DNA of 64,000 nucleotides from Paraspadella gotoi (taxonomy: Eukaryota > Animalia > Chaetognatha): positions 16,589,245-16,653,244 of the forward strand of contig CM119264.1 of the NCBI GenBank assembly GCA_051294375.1, given 5' to 3'. The position numbers were made by a program, and so were the translations under genes. The notes beneath the pieces were generated by a model. That model worked only from the letters and a program-made list of their open reading frames with translations. It made no database searches and had not been told where the DNA came from. This document shows positions 42,889 through 57,546 of this stretch, in pieces (the first letter of the stretch is position 1; each line of letters starts with the position of its first letter).

Positions 42889-44908
42889 CTTCTTTCTTTC
42901 TTTCTTCTGCTTTCTTTCTTCTTTCTATTCTTCTTTTTTTCTTCCTTTCTTTCTTCTTCCTTCTTTTCTCTCTCTCTTCTTTCTCTCTCTCTCTCTCTCT
43001 AAACCGTGAAAATTATCATCATTTCCTTCTACTGTCTTCTTTCGTTGGTGAACTTTTCACATTACGACGATTATTTTTTATTTTCAGTCGAAGAAGCTTA
43101 ACTCGTGTGTGAAGTTCTTGCATGTAAATCGTGTGTGTGAAATCGAGGGATAGATACACCAGTGACTGTGGTTGACGACGTTTAAAGTGACGGAAGTAGA
43201 GTAACTCTTAAAATCCGGAAAACGAGATCTAATTGATTTAACTCTTTTCGGTTGTTCGGTCACAAATCCGATTTTTTTTTTTCAACTCTGTCCAAAAAGT
43301 CGTTCAACTACTGTTTCTCTATCTGGCGTCACCAAAGAACAGCCTCGCCGGCAGCTTTGGAGTAGAACCGCGTTAATTCGGGGATTCGTTAACTCGGGTT
43401 TCGTTTTAACGAACTTCGTTGTGCCCAGATTTCCGAGGAAGCGTTAAGCCCAAAAGGATTAAAACCTCCGAGTTTATTTCTCAACTCGCGATTGAAATAA
43501 AAAAAATTTTCATGGAAAAGTCGTCAAAAAGAAAAAAAATCGCGATTCTTTGACTTGGAAGTGAAGTTAAGTTCTCTCGACTTTGACGAGGATTTGGAAT
43601 TATCAATTCCTAACATTCATACTCGAATAATCTTGAAGAAATAATTTTTCTGAAAAACCGCTTCTCATTGTAAGAGCTTGAAAAGTAATAGAGGCAGAAA
43701 ACAAACGTGAGAGTCTTCATGTCACTAACCTCAAAGCTTTCTCGCGGTACCAAAACAAGAAAGAATAAAAAAGGGGTCCTTAATGAAATTACGGGAATAC
43801 CAGTTTTCCGTACAGTTTAAACAGATCCGCTAACCGGTCCCAAGTCTTTCGGGTGTTATTAAACGAGCAAGATTAGAGGTAATTAAGAGATTTTAGTCAA
43901 TAGGACTCAAAAATACAAAAAATATATTCAATCAATTCCGATTTATTCCAACTATGTTGTTCAACGTCTAGAAAGTTTAAAAAAGCTGCACCTCTCCAAC
44001 GCTCGAATAAATTTGAATTCTTTTTACAATTTCTTTTGCGAAGAATTAATCGATTTTTTATTGCTTTGTGAAGAGTTTTGCCCCAGAAAAACGGATACAA
44101 CCAGGAAAAAGCTCGCTATGTTAGTTATAACTTTTTTATCTAATAATTGATTACTTTCATGAATACAGCTTCGATTAATTTTACGCTCTAAGCTCTTCTC
44201 ATTACATATCTTAGCCGAGACTTTTATTAAAGTTCCTCGTGAAAATTTCAGAAATATCTACTTTAAAAAATTGGGGGTCCTTTCATTCTGTGCTCTCGCT
44301 TTATTATATAGCCACTTCGTGCTTTCTTTTTTTTTGAAGCAAAAAATTATTACATTTTTAAGTTTCCTTTTCTTCGTCGATAAATCTTCTTGGATTCTCC
44401 AAAAGACAATGTACCCAAGTGATTCGTGACCAAAACTCAAAACCTTTTTGAGTTTTTAAAGAGCAAACCTGTTTTACGTTTTAATGAACTGAAAACTAAC
44501 GACAATTTCATTTTTGTTTTATTTTCTCCTTTTTAAACAGATTTATTTTTCTTTCGTTAACGGAGCTGCTGATAAAAAGCTCTCGGGAAAAGCAAGATGG
44601 CGTTCGTCGTTCGTAGCCGCCAAAAACGGTGACAAAAAAAAAAACAAAAGGGTTACGTTACGACAACAAAAAAAGAGAGAAAATCCGACTGAAACGAATT
44701 TAAAATGAAGCGAAGAGCGCGTAATTTCGCCAAAAAATTAAAGCGCGGCTTACACGCGGAAGCGTCGTCGCCGTCTAATTAGCTTGTTAAACCGTCAAGT
44801 GGTCATCCAACATTCGATCGAGCATCTCTCGGTCCAAACCTTCGATCTAACGAAACCGCCCAACCTCGAAACTTTAAAACTTCCGTTAATCTCGTCTGTC
44901 ATGATAAG

Positions 44909-45084
44909 ATGGAGTTCTCTGTGTGGACTGGCGTCGGCGGCGAACACCGGCATCCAGCGGCTTTGGCGCGCCAAAACGAGCGTCGAAAAATTATCAGGAA
45001 CACCGGCAATAGCAACGGAAACACCGACGTCAACTGCAACGCAAATGATAGGCTTGGCGACGACGTCACGACCCCGCTTGCCTC
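44909..45084 (+). CDS. Candidate alternative first coding exon of Shaker (inactivation-ball-like)
   Basis: MEFSVWTGVGGEHRHPAALARQNERRKIIRN...TTPLA followed by TC|gtgagt. It has 58 codons + 2 nt and is in phase with acceptor 63717. Confidence 0.7.
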
Positions 45085-45093
45085 GTGAGTAAC

Positions 45094-45155
<62 letters not shown>

Positions 45156-45436
45156 CCCGTTATGCGTAAGATCGCGTGCCTTTCGTGATCCCTTGTGAGC
45201 CTTTTGAGAAAAATTCGAAGAAAAGAAAGATAGATTCTTGGATTTTTGATGGCGAAGTCGGAGAGACGAAGAGAATGAGAGATGAGTAAATGGAGAGACG
45301 GTGAACGCTAAAATGGAAGGGGAGTGTGTGGGAAATCGACCGAGAGTCAAAACGAAACAAAAACAAATCAAGTAAACCAATTTGGATGCGGATTAAAGAT
45401 TTCATCGACAAGTTAAAATCGATCAACGAAATGATA

Positions 45437-45996
45437 TATTGTGGCGGTATATTCACACCGCCTCACGTCCAACATCGTTCAGCCAATTCTATTGGCTCAG
45501 AGAGGGAACGCACCATCCCAGGCGTTGCGTTCCATCCACAGTCCTAACGACGGCAAAGTGAGACTGTCCTAGGGTAACTGCGCCAGTGACAGGAGGCATC
45601 ACTGAGGGTCAGAAACCCAAAGTCAATAGTGAGATGCCCCAATTACCTCATCTCAATGGGCATCACGAGCAACTTGGTTATTATCATAATATATCATTTT
45701 TACACTTTTTTATTTGATTTTTTTTTTAAATAATATACTATGGCAACAACCAGGTTGCCTGTGATGCCCATTGGGATGGGGCATCTCACTCCTGGATTTG
45801 GAGGCTACCGACCCTCAGTGACGCCTCCTGCCGCTGGCGATGTTATCACAGGACAATCTCGTTTTGCAAACGCAGAGGGAAGTCATAAGGACTGTGGATG
45901 GAACACAACGCTTGGGATGGTGTGTTCCCCCTCTGAGCCAATAGGATTGGCTGAACGAAGGTGGATGTGAGGCGGTGTGAATACACCGCCACAATA
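45437..45996. mobile_element. Foldback/MITE with ~270-bp imperfect inverted arms
   Basis: tattgtggcggtatattcacaccgcctcac... versus ...gtgaggcggtgtgaatacaccgccacaata. Pairing continues inward to a T-rich spacer near 45700-45725. Confidence 0.9.
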
Positions 45997-46408
45997 CGTA
46001 GTTTTGCCGTCTGTCGATCAAAAAAGTTTTTATCAAATTTTTTTTCTTCGTTAGTTCGGCGCGTGTGAGGTATTTGAATTTGTTTTCAATTTTTTCTCTC
46101 TTTTTCAAGGAAGATATTTGGGGATATATTTCGGGATTCATAACGGTGGTTGAACTTTGACTGTGGTAGCGCTAAATCCTCCATTTATCTTTCGACTGAA
46201 AATCAATTAGTGACTTTTTTTTACGATCTACTTTTTGCTCTCGTATTTGGGTCATGATTTATTGCTGCAAAACACATAACTTTTAGGTTTAGATAGTCCT
46301 AGGCCGAGAATATAAAAACTTAAAATGTAAAAAGAATCATTTCTTGAATTGTACAAAAGCACGCTACACTGGTTCCTGTACCGTGATCCCTCCGAACATC
46401 ACCACTCG

Positions 46409-46496
<88 letters not shown>

Positions 46497-46611
46497 AATG
46501 CATCAAGTTTTTCTACAGACTCCTTTTCTTTATTGACGCTTTTCCCACAACAAAAAAACAAGAGTTTTTAATTTTATTTCTTGTCTTATTTCTTTTTTTT
46601 TTTAAATCGGC

Positions 46612-46715
46612 ATGACACGAGCGCGAACTCGCGGAACCTCATCCCCAGGGTGGGAAGATCTCCTTAGCTCCTCCTCCTCATCATCATTCTCCTCCTCTTC
46701 CTCCTCTCCTCCAAC
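46612..46715 (+). CDS. Candidate alternative first coding exon of Shaker (Ser-rich)
   Basis: MTRARTRGTSSPGWEDLLSSSSSSSFSSSSSSPP followed by AC|gtaagg, phase 2. Confidence 0.4.
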
Positions 46716-46938
46716 GTAAGGTCTTCCTCTCCTCGGCGCCTTCAGCAACCTTCTCGTCCACCTGGACTCGTAGTAAAGGATCGATTCATGCCCTCCACCA
46801 CCACCCTCTCTCCATCTCTCTCTCTCTCTTCTCCCCGCATGTCTTCTAGAAAGTCTGTGGAGTTATAAGTTGTGTATCATTGGTCGAAAAAAAGCTTTTT
46901 TTTCTCTCTCCTGCCTCTTAATTCGCTCGGATTTGATT

Positions 46939-47047
<109 letters not shown>

Positions 47048-47981
47048 CATTATTTTTTCCTCATTTTTTTATCTTTCACATCCAAGTCGAGATTCGGAGA
47101 TTCATTACCTTTTCCCCGTTTTTTCGATTTTATTGACGCTAAAATTCTCGTTAAATTTCAACGCGTCGATGTTTGATTGGGGAAATAAACGGAAAAAAAA
47201 ACTACATCTTCTATCTCTTACCTACCGATGGAGCCCGACTCCTCATTCAATTTATTACACTATTATATTTCGAAAAAGCCTTCTTTTTCTTTTCCCCCCT
47301 TACGTCAAAATGTTTACTTATTTTTACGATTAAAATTGAGTTTTCCTTTATCACCTTTTCGTAGAAAATTGTTTTTATCAATCGTCATGAAAAACAATTA
47401 CGTAATAAGCTGCATTCTCTTGTGAAATTATATATTATGCAAATAGGATTAATTCAAAACACTTTCATGTTCAAAATACTACATATTTAAACATATTTGT
47501 AGATTTGCTAATGAGTGTGCATTTCATGAGTGTGCAATGCATAGTGCTCTGTAAATAGTTTTAAGTATTATATTTTGTAGTATTCTAGCCACCAAACCAC
47601 AGATTTTACGACATAAGATACATACCTAGAATTGTCCATTTTGGTTTAAAACTTTTTGATGAAAAACATTGAAAAAAGATATTATGGACGATCATTAAAA
47701 CTAACAAAAGTAAAATTCAATTTAAAAAAAAATTAATTTCCGGCATGCGATCATGCAGCGCATGGGTCGACCACAATCCTGTTCACTTAAAGAGAAACGA
47801 CAGGTGTCCATTTTCAAGACGGTACGACTTTGATGACTGATACTAATGTTTAAGGTGTTTGAAATGACCGACCTTGCTTCGAGCATCCCTGAAACGTGTA
47901 AACGGCGGCGGATGTTTCGAGTTACGTAAATGATTTGCGATCGGTCGTGCCGACGTGCGGGCATGTGAAGGAGAGAAAGAG

Positions 47982-48090
<109 letters not shown>

Positions 48091-51000
48091 CGAGTAGGGT
48101 GCAAGAAACACCTCCATCTTGTGGGTTTTAATCGCTTTTGAATGTGTGCCGAAAGGGAACGTGAGAAATAAAAACTAAAAGGAAGGCGTGAAATATGCTC
48201 CGTCGAACAATCGATGAGCGGGAGAGTCGGGCGAGGGAGTTGTTGGGGGAGCCGAAAGGCCCGGTCGTGACGAACGTCCTCTGAGCTCAAGGTTAAGAAT
48301 ATGAAATTATTAAGGGTGAAGAGGAGAGTTATTATAGTCGTCAGGTTTTGTACGATTCCGCGAGGATCGTAAAATGGGTTTGTTTACAGAGGCGGAGGTG
48401 AAACTGCGATGGTGAAGGCATGATCATCAAGCAATAAGTTATAAACGTAACATTACTTTGTTTGAAATGATTCTAATCTTATCAAAGGAAAAAAATTGGT
48501 TCTATTGTCCTTTCAATTTAATCTTGAGCGTTACGAATTAAAATCGGTTAACCTCAGACGTTTTTTCTTAAATATATATTTTCAGGTAGAGTAATTTTTT
48601 TTTTTTATTAATTGGTTCATTATAGCGCTGAGGTCAGATTCAACCCAAGAGAGTAAAAAATATACTGAAAGTAAAACTCGGCTGTAAATCTGATACCAAA
48701 TCCAATTTGATTCTCTGCGATTAAAAACCAGCTTGTAATGATTAGTTAAAATTCTTTTGAATATAACTACGAAATAATAAAATTTTCTCTTCAACTTCAA
48801 GTAGCAAACGATCATAACTTCTATATATATGCTTTTGATGCAAAAACTAAGGACGAGCGTTATTTTTTTTTAGATTGTTGCGAATGTGAACATCCGAATT
48901 TCAAGCATGACGTTCTGGTTAATCACATGTTTAACTGTTTCGTCGCGTGTGAGGAATAGGTTTATTCGAAAGGGAAAAAACGTCGTAAAGATGCTTGGTT
49001 GCGTTGCAAGCGATTGCAATGACTGATCGAATTAGATAAAAAAAAACCACCAACTTTTTGTGAGTCTTTGTGGTTGAAAGATTCATAATGTAGTTGGTGA
49101 AGCTGGTGGTCAGAAAAAAAATTGAATGCGTTTGAAGGATTGCGACCTTAAAATGGTTTTGCAAAGATTTTTGCTTGCCTCCCTGCTGAATGTTTTCCAC
49201 AGTCTAAGCCTCCTTTCATCCTGACTTGGATAACGGGTTGCCCTTGACAGCATTGCTCGATTTTATTAAATCATTGATTCACTGATAAATTCATTCTCTC
49301 ATATTTATTTTGAGCAGCGCAAAAACAATTATCTTATAAATTTCTAACATAATCAGAAGTTTGAAAGGAAGCATCTGGACGGGCGACTCTGGCCCATGCT
49401 CGGAGTCTTGCCTCATCATCGGCTTTATATATTTTTTTATCTTTGTCTTTTTTTTTTAATTCGCGGCGTCGAGATTAAAACGAAAGATTTCGCTTCATAA
49501 ATTTTTCTCAAACACTCATTCTGCCTGACTCTATTCATCATTGAGCCACATTTCTCCCTATGTACTTTCTCTCAAATCGATATTTTTTTTTTCATAGGGG
49601 TTACAAATATTTATAAATTACTTTATTATAAGCGATATAATATAATTTATTTTAGAAATATCGAGAGGTTCCGAGTTAGCCAAAGGTGATGTTGATAATG
49701 AAAAAAATTCGAAAATCCTTTTCAAATTGTCCTATGATACAACCAATATACAACCAATATAAACATTGTCCATTCATTCATATATTATATGACATTTTGT
49801 TGTATAATTGCAGTAAACGTAAATCCTTCAGCTTCTTGTGGATTAAAAGGACAGCTTTCAACTACATTACTTCTTTCTAATTTCATAAAATATGTCTCAT
49901 TATTATCGACAAGGCTCATTAATAACGATTGAACTACGCGTCGCCGCCGACGACAACGACGACGACGACGACGCCTCGTAAATTTGTCTCGTTTGCGCCT
50001 AGTGACGTCATCCTTGCAACAAACTTCCCCTTTTTTTCTCTTTTATTATCTTTTTTTTATTAACAAGACAGCCAACTCGGTTTTTGTAACGTTTTTTATG
50101 CGACTTTTCTTGAGACAACAGTTCACAAAGAGGGAATTTTTTTGCATTTACCCGATTCAAGATGAGACCTCGCTGCTGATTGGGAAGAAGTTTCGTCCCA
50201 TTCGAGGATGTAATAAAACGTATCGACTTAATTAAGCTTCCTCGTTAATCGAGACCAAAAAAAAAAACTACCTCTAAGATTACGACGAATTCCTTCGATA
50301 ATCTCCGACGATTTCAAAGTTTTAACCAATTCGGAATATACGACGAAATCGACGCGCATGCGCGACGCCAACGAGCCTTCGTCCCGTTTTCTTCTTTCTT
50401 TTTTTATCTGCTGATTTTTTTTTTTTTTTTCCTCCGTCTCTCCCCCTTGCTTTCGTTTCCTTCTCCGCACATAGACTATCTCGCTTCTCTCTCCTAACTT
50501 ACCCCATTTCCCGCCCCTCTCTCCTACCCATCTGCGGCAGTGAGTGATCGAGCGCCAATTGTGTATTCAGACAAGAATCCGATCCTCGAAAAAAAAGGGA
50601 CGAAACAGGCATCACGTGATCGTCGAGGCGACGACGACGACGACGAATACGACGAAGGACGTCACGGTCGACGTCGCGCGACGAAAAAGAATGAAGGACG
50701 AAATCCGATGAAGGATCGCGGCTGACCAACCGCCCCCCCCCTCTCTCTCTCTGACCGACGACGAAGATTACGACGACGAATCGGACGACGATCGCCCGAC
50801 GCCATGATTTATGATTCCCCGCTTTGAGCGCCCAAGAGACGGAGAGGCGCGGGAGGGCCGAGGAAGGCGACGTCCTCGAAGGAGAGGGGCGCCGATAGCG
50901 GCGCCCTCGGGCGCCAACGTCGTGCGGCGTAGGTCATGTACGCTCGCGGCGCGTCGACAGTTCCGCCCCCTGCTCTCGTTCACGCGCGTCGGAAAAAACA

Positions 51001-53120
51001 AAAGGCGCGCGCGAAGAAAGACAGGGATAAAGATGGAGGTGAGACGAGGAAGAAGGGTGAGGAAGGATGAGTGAGAAAGGAAAATAGGGATAAAGAATGT
51101 TTCTTTAAATATTTGTTTACTATAATGTTACGACCCGAGTTTTGGTTTTAATTCATCAATAATGTTTAAAAAAAGGTTAAATGACAAATTTTAGAAGATG
51201 AGAGTTTTTCGTGATAAGAATTTGAGATTTGAGAGGAAAAGAAAAACCAGCGGAGACGAGACGAAGGGGTCAGCGTCTCATGGAAGAGTATGTAATGATT
51301 TTGTTAAACGGGAAAAAAAATTTAGGATAAGAATACAATTATTTCAAATTTTTTTAAAAAATATGTACGCAAAATGATAAAAGAAGTGAGGAATGAGGCG
51401 GGAAAAAGGAAAAGATAAAGAGAGATAATGATATAAAAAAAAGAATCTGCGAACATGCGCCTGAAGATAAACGTGAGAAGCTGTTGATGTATATGATGGG
51501 GAAAATAAATGGAAGGAAGGTAAGAGATATGAAAAAAAAGGAATAGATTAAAATCGATTAAACAAAGAAGCGTTAACAATAGTATAATTTAAATTGAAAA
51601 GTTAACCATAATATAATTTAAATTGAAAAAGCAGAGGTCACAAAGAAACTAAAGTAAGACACAGAATTATAAAAAAGCTCGTCTAAAATTTTTTCAACGA
51701 TATTCGCCCCTCCGATCCTCCGCTTACTCTCATCTCTCCGTGTCATCGCTGCGCCACGCACACGCCACGTTCACGCCACGCACGACGAATCGCGACTCTG
51801 CCTTCGTCGGGGACGTAAAAGGGTCAGAGGATTCGGACGACGGCAGCTGGCAAAACTCAAACCAAGCCACGCCCAAAACGCCGAGGTTGGTTAGGGGGAA
51901 AGGGAATTGGTTCCGTTCCTTTGTGACGCTTCAGTGGTCGGCGAATCTTCTTGCTTCGCAAGTATAGTTGTATTATTTGCGTTAAAATTTAAATGTTAAC
52001 TCACTTTTTTCGCGTTTCCCATTCTTCTCCGAACTCTCTCTTCTAATATATCTCTTATCCTATTCGCCTGACGTTAACTTTTGTGAAAACGTAAACAGAA
52101 TGTCGTTTTCTCATCAATAAGTGTCTTGCGCTATTGTACTAAGCTCATTGCTCGATGTCGGACTTACAATTGAAAATTGTAACATGGAAGCTAATTAATG
52201 TAAAAAAAATTCTGCATATTAAATACACATCGAAAATCTTCAACGTCCTAAATGAAGAAAAAAAATTCGTTTCATGAGTTTGGATAAGATTAGTAGATTC
52301 ACTAACATTAATTAACTAACTAACATTACTACAAAGGAAAGGCATTGTTCTTTTGGTTTAACTTCCCGGGATTTCGCTCCCTCTTTAAGACTAAAAATGC
52401 GAATGATATCTCTGCAAATATCAAAACAAGAAAAAAACAAAAGATTTACTTTCGCGATGACCGCAAGCTGTTTTCTGAAAAAAATCACAAAGATCAGACC
52501 ATTTATCAAAAGCCGTGCGTACGCATTCGCACTTGAGAGAATCGTTCGCGTTGAATTTCACTGTTTAGGACTTTAAAGGGGATGAGTGAAGGATGGGGTG
52601 GTTTTTACGCCGGTGAAAGAGCGAGGGGTAGCTTCAGTCCATCAATCAAATTTCAGTCGAAAATTTGAGAGATTTGAGGAAAAACGTGATCACCCAATTC
52701 AATCATTTATCCCGCGCCTATTATCGCGGTAAAACTCAGGAATGTCTTCGTTGTTAACTTGGGATTTGTGCGTTTTACTATAGTTTATATTGTGAGTTCT
52801 ATGTAGTTTAGTAACGATTTTTTCGACGTTAAACGATATTTACTAGGATTGAGTAAATAACTTAAATTACGTAAAATCTGATTAAAAAAAGATGACATTT
52901 TTTTTTTATTAAAATGTTAATTAGACAAGGCAACAATTTTAACAATATAGTTTTCCAACCTCTGACTGCTCTTAACAGTTTTCCATACTGAAAAAAAAAA
53001 AACTGTTTCCGCGAAAAGAAATAAAAGTTGTTCTCGTTCGGGTGAAGCTTTCATTGTGAAAGCCTGAAAACTGTAATTCAAAACAATAGGCCGACGGATC
53101 CAGTGGGTCAGATATAAGGT

Positions 53121-53155
<35 letters not shown>

Positions 53156-53695
53156 GGGGTAGAGAGATAATACTGGTGATGTTGAAGGCATCCCGCGATA
53201 TAATCGCTTCGAAGCGGCGGAGACGACGACGACAACGACGACGATAATGATCGCTAAAATGTTCGAACGACGACGAAGACGACGATGGATACGAGATGAC
53301 GACGATGACGTCCGAGTAACGCTGGTTTTTTTTTTTTTTTAACACTTCAGTTAAGGGGAAAAAGCCGAGATTGTCCGTTGTCGTCGCACAAGCGGCCCCG
53401 CCCAGCCTCGACCAGCCGCGCTTCGTTTCGGAGTCACAACTCGAAGGCGAAGAGAGAAAGCGATCGCAATCAGAAAAAAATGAAAAGTGATTTCTCTTCG
53501 TGAGAAAAATAGAGGAAAGGAATGCAAGACTAATAATAGGAAAGACATAACGAAGATCATGAAAATGAAGGCGAGGAATAAAAAGAAGAACTACGATCGA
53601 ACCGGTGGAGATAAAATAATAATGACTGAGAAAATAATGCTCCTAATGAGAGCTAGGATTGAGATAAAAAAAAAACAGGAAAAGGGAGTCTCTCT

Positions 53696-53726
<31 letters not shown>

Positions 53727-54332
53727 TCTCTCTCTCTCTCTCTCTTCATTTCCGTTTCAAATCTTCGGGAGGATTTTTTTTAGCGCCGTAGGTCAAAAAC
53801 TACCAAACAGAAAGCAACCGAAAACACCGATGTTAATCTGGACTGATGATCGGAAAAGCAATGATGATTGCTGCTGACGGACAATTTTTTTTTTTAGTTG
53901 ATTATGCGTTCGCGCTAGAGATAAAGACTTTATCTGGTCAAGTGTTGAGCTCGGTGTTCACTAAGAGTCGCATGGCCTGGGGACTATTCTTCTATCTCGC
54001 GATCTCAATGTCTTGAAAGTCCTGTTATAGTTGATCCTCGTCGTCGCCGTCGTCGTCGTCGTCGCCGCATTCGCGAATGTTTGATGGATTCGGATTTGGA
54101 TTTCTTAGATCAAAGCCAAGAATCTCGTCGGAGGCAAATCGCTTCGTCGACTCGCTGATCGAACGCGTTGGGCTTCATCTGTCGCCCGCCTTTTTTTCTT
54201 TCAAGTCGCAGTTGCCGATGCGGTTGCCGCCGCGCTCGATCGAACTTGTATCAGGGAACGCGGAAAACGCGCGAGCTCTGGAAATTCGTCGGCTTGATAA
54301 TCGTGATGGAAAGAGAGAGAAAGAGAGAAGAA

Positions 54333-54459
<127 letters not shown>

Positions 54460-54473
54460 GCGAAGACGAGTGC

Positions 54474-54559
<86 letters not shown>

Positions 54560-54741
54560 TCCGAGCGTCGAGGAAAAAAGGTAATTCGACGGCGTCTCCT
54601 ATTTTTTATCTCCGAAAATCGGCGTTCATCTGTTTTCAATCAGAAGAAGAGTTGTTCGAATTTTTCTCTTTTTTTTTAAACTTCAACAAAATTTGCTTTT
54701 TTGTTGTTGAAAAACTCAGCGATAATCCGCCGCCCGACGTG

Positions 54742-54816
<75 letters not shown>

Positions 54817-55814
54817 GCTGCTGAACAACCGACAATAAAAAACTAAAAAAACAGTGGACACAACGAATTATTTGGTTTTTTAAAAGCTGACTTTTCGGAA
54901 AATTACTCTACTTTCTTTTCTTTTACTCTAAACTTCAGACTAAAAATCTAAATTGCATCTCGGCTGCACGCGCGTTCTCAAACAGTGTAGGTAAACCGGT
55001 ACAATATGTAAATCACTCCGTTTCTGCAGTCTTCTTTTCCAACATTCCTTCTTCCAACCGTCATGATTTTGTCACATTTTGATTGTTCTTTTGTATATAA
55101 ATAATAATATAGAAATGTAAGATTTTTTTAATTAAAAAGCGCAATCTACAGGTCAAGTTTTTTAACTACGCAACCTTTAAGGCCATTGTGACGATAACTT
55201 CATTAAGCATAGGACGTTGGAAAGTGAAAATAACCATTAACCAGACACATTGGCCATAAGAAACAAAAAGGAGATTCCTGGTCTCTTTTCACGTAAACTC
55301 GCCAACTATTCATCAGGGAATTTGAAAATAATCTAGAGAAGTCATTTCAGTTGGAACCAGGAATGAAATTAATTTATTGTTAATTACAAAAGCGAAATAC
55401 CCAAATCTGAACGGATGCTTAGGTTTAATGCGAAATTTGTGAGCTTCATTCTTCAGTTTTCACTCGTCAGTCCACTTTCAACGTTTTTTTCCCCCTGAGA
55501 ATCGCGTCGTCTTGCGTTCAGACGAATCTGTAACGATGGGGCGTGACCCTTCGTCACTGTCGCTCGCCGGATGAACGAGCAGCGACGAACTCTTCGGACG
55601 AGACTACATTTCATTTTTAGTTAACTCTCGGCTTTGAGTCCGTCAAAGACGATGACGACGAAGACGACGACGAAGACGACGTCGAAACCGCCTTCGCTCA
55701 ACGTCGACGCCCATCGATGAAAGAAAAACGATGGATAAGCAGCATTTCTGAGAAAAAGTGCCTCGTCAGAACCGAAGGCGAAGTTCGCGTCTCTTTGGAT
55801 TAATTAATAACGAA

Positions 55815-55847
<33 letters not shown>

Positions 55848-56017
55848 TACGCCAGCCCCCGCGACCAGGGCCTCAAACGACGACGCTATCGCCTTCTCTT
55901 TCGGATTTACTCCGCGTGGGGAGGACCAGCGTCCCCTCGACGACGTTTCTCTTTCCTCGGACATAGTCGGCGCCATTTTGGATTTAGTGACGTCGTCGGT
56001 CGAGGACCGGAAGCGAG

Positions 56018-56079
56018 ATGGCGTTAGCGGGGCTGTCGGGGATGAGAACGCCTTATGCCACGCCGCATTTCATCAGACG
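56018..56079 (+). CDS. Candidate alternative first coding exon of Shaker (short, ball-like)
   Basis: MALAGLSGMRTPYATPHFIR followed by CG|gtgagg, phase 2. The ATG context is gagATGG with an in-frame stop upstream. Confidence 0.55.
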
Positions 56080-56170
56080 GTGAGGCAGGCCAGCTTTGGG
56101 ATGAGAAGTCGGTAGGTTATAAGGGGTAGGGAAAGGTCACGAAGGTCGTGAATTGATGGTGATGATTAGA

Positions 56171-57275
56171 GCGTAGTGAAAGTCAGGTATGAAAATGCTA
56201 AAGTCAATTATGAATAACGTATCACCAGTGAACATTAATTTTAAAAATTAATCTTATGTTTTTTTTTATTTTTGCAGTAGGCGATATTTATACATACTAA
56301 GTTACTAACTAAATAAAATCTAAAAATGAACTTTTCTTAATTTCAATAGCAGATTTGAATTCTTCGTTAAAAGTTGATAAAAGAAAATATAAATCTTTTG
56401 AAACAATTCATTAATTAAAAGAGTTAAACATTAAAAGAAATATATTTAATACAGAAAAATTTAATTTTCTAATTTTTGACCCTCTTAAATTAAGTCTTAA
56501 TGAATGATTTTTTAATCTTATGTTTTTTTTATTTTTGCAGTAGGCGATATTTATATATTATACTATCTAAATAAAATCAAAAAATGAACTTTAAAAGAGT
56601 TAATTTTAATTTTCTAATTTTTGACCATCTTAAATTAAGTCTCAATGAATGATTTTTTAAAAAATAGCTATATTTCTTTTTATGAACTTTTTTATGACGA
56701 ATTCAAATTTGAAAAAATTCTAACAAACAGGTACGGTAATTCAAATGTGTTACGCCGCAGTGATTGCCTTATCAGTGATAAGTGATAAGTTATCACGTAT
56801 ATTTTTTGTGACATAACATGACATGATGTGACATGACTACAATAACTTTCTTAGCCCGTATATATCTGACACGCACTGCATTGAGATTTTGTTTTTTATT
56901 CTTTATAGTTTTAGGATTTCCTAAAGGCGGCGCTAGCATTCCCTTACATTTGATTTTTTTTCTGTCTTGACAAATGAGAAACCAACTATATACATTGTGC
57001 AAGTTATGAGCATTTTTAATATAAGTGGGACAGACCGACGGACAGACATACCGACCGACTGACCGACCGAAAAGTGACTTATAGAGTTACTAAAAACCAT
57101 TTTGAAATTATTACATTTATTAGGTACTATATATTATTAGGTTTTATATATAAATACAGCCTACTGCGTAAATTTATAAGAAAATGTTTTTATACATTAA
57201 TTTTTATTAGTACAATATTGTTCATAGCTCACTTTTAAAATGTTAATTAAAGTTAATTTAGAATTTTTACTACGC
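56171..57275. mobile_element. Second copy of the 12605 palindromic transposon, with an internal tandem duplication and a nested HINE (56920-57095)
   Basis: Termini gcgtagt...actacgc. The block tttgcagtaggcgatatttata occurs twice. The nested element contains gtgggacagaccgacggac...gaaaagtgacttatagagtt. Confidence 0.75.
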
Positions 57276-57434
57276 ATTTTATCTTAGTTCGTTTCGTTAC
57301 TTTTCTTTTGCCATTGTAATTAGTAATTGCTATCGCCATTGCTGGCAATTTTAATCTTGCGTCTCATAAGAAATCGCGACATTTTATCTTCCTCGCCTCC
57401 CTTTCATTTTGTATTTGTTGCCTTTCATTCATTC

Positions 57435-57546
57435 AAAGGTATAGAAGAGAAATGTTAAAACAAAAACAAGGCATAAGTGAAGCGGCGGAAAGACAAAAGG
57501 AAACTATTGCCTTGTTTTTGTTTTTACATTTCTTTTCTATACCTTT
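57435..57546. repeat. ~40-bp imperfect inverted repeat
   Basis: aaaggtatagaagagaaatgttaaaacaaaaacaaggca versus tgccttgtttttgtttttacatttcttttctataccttt. Confidence 0.85.
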
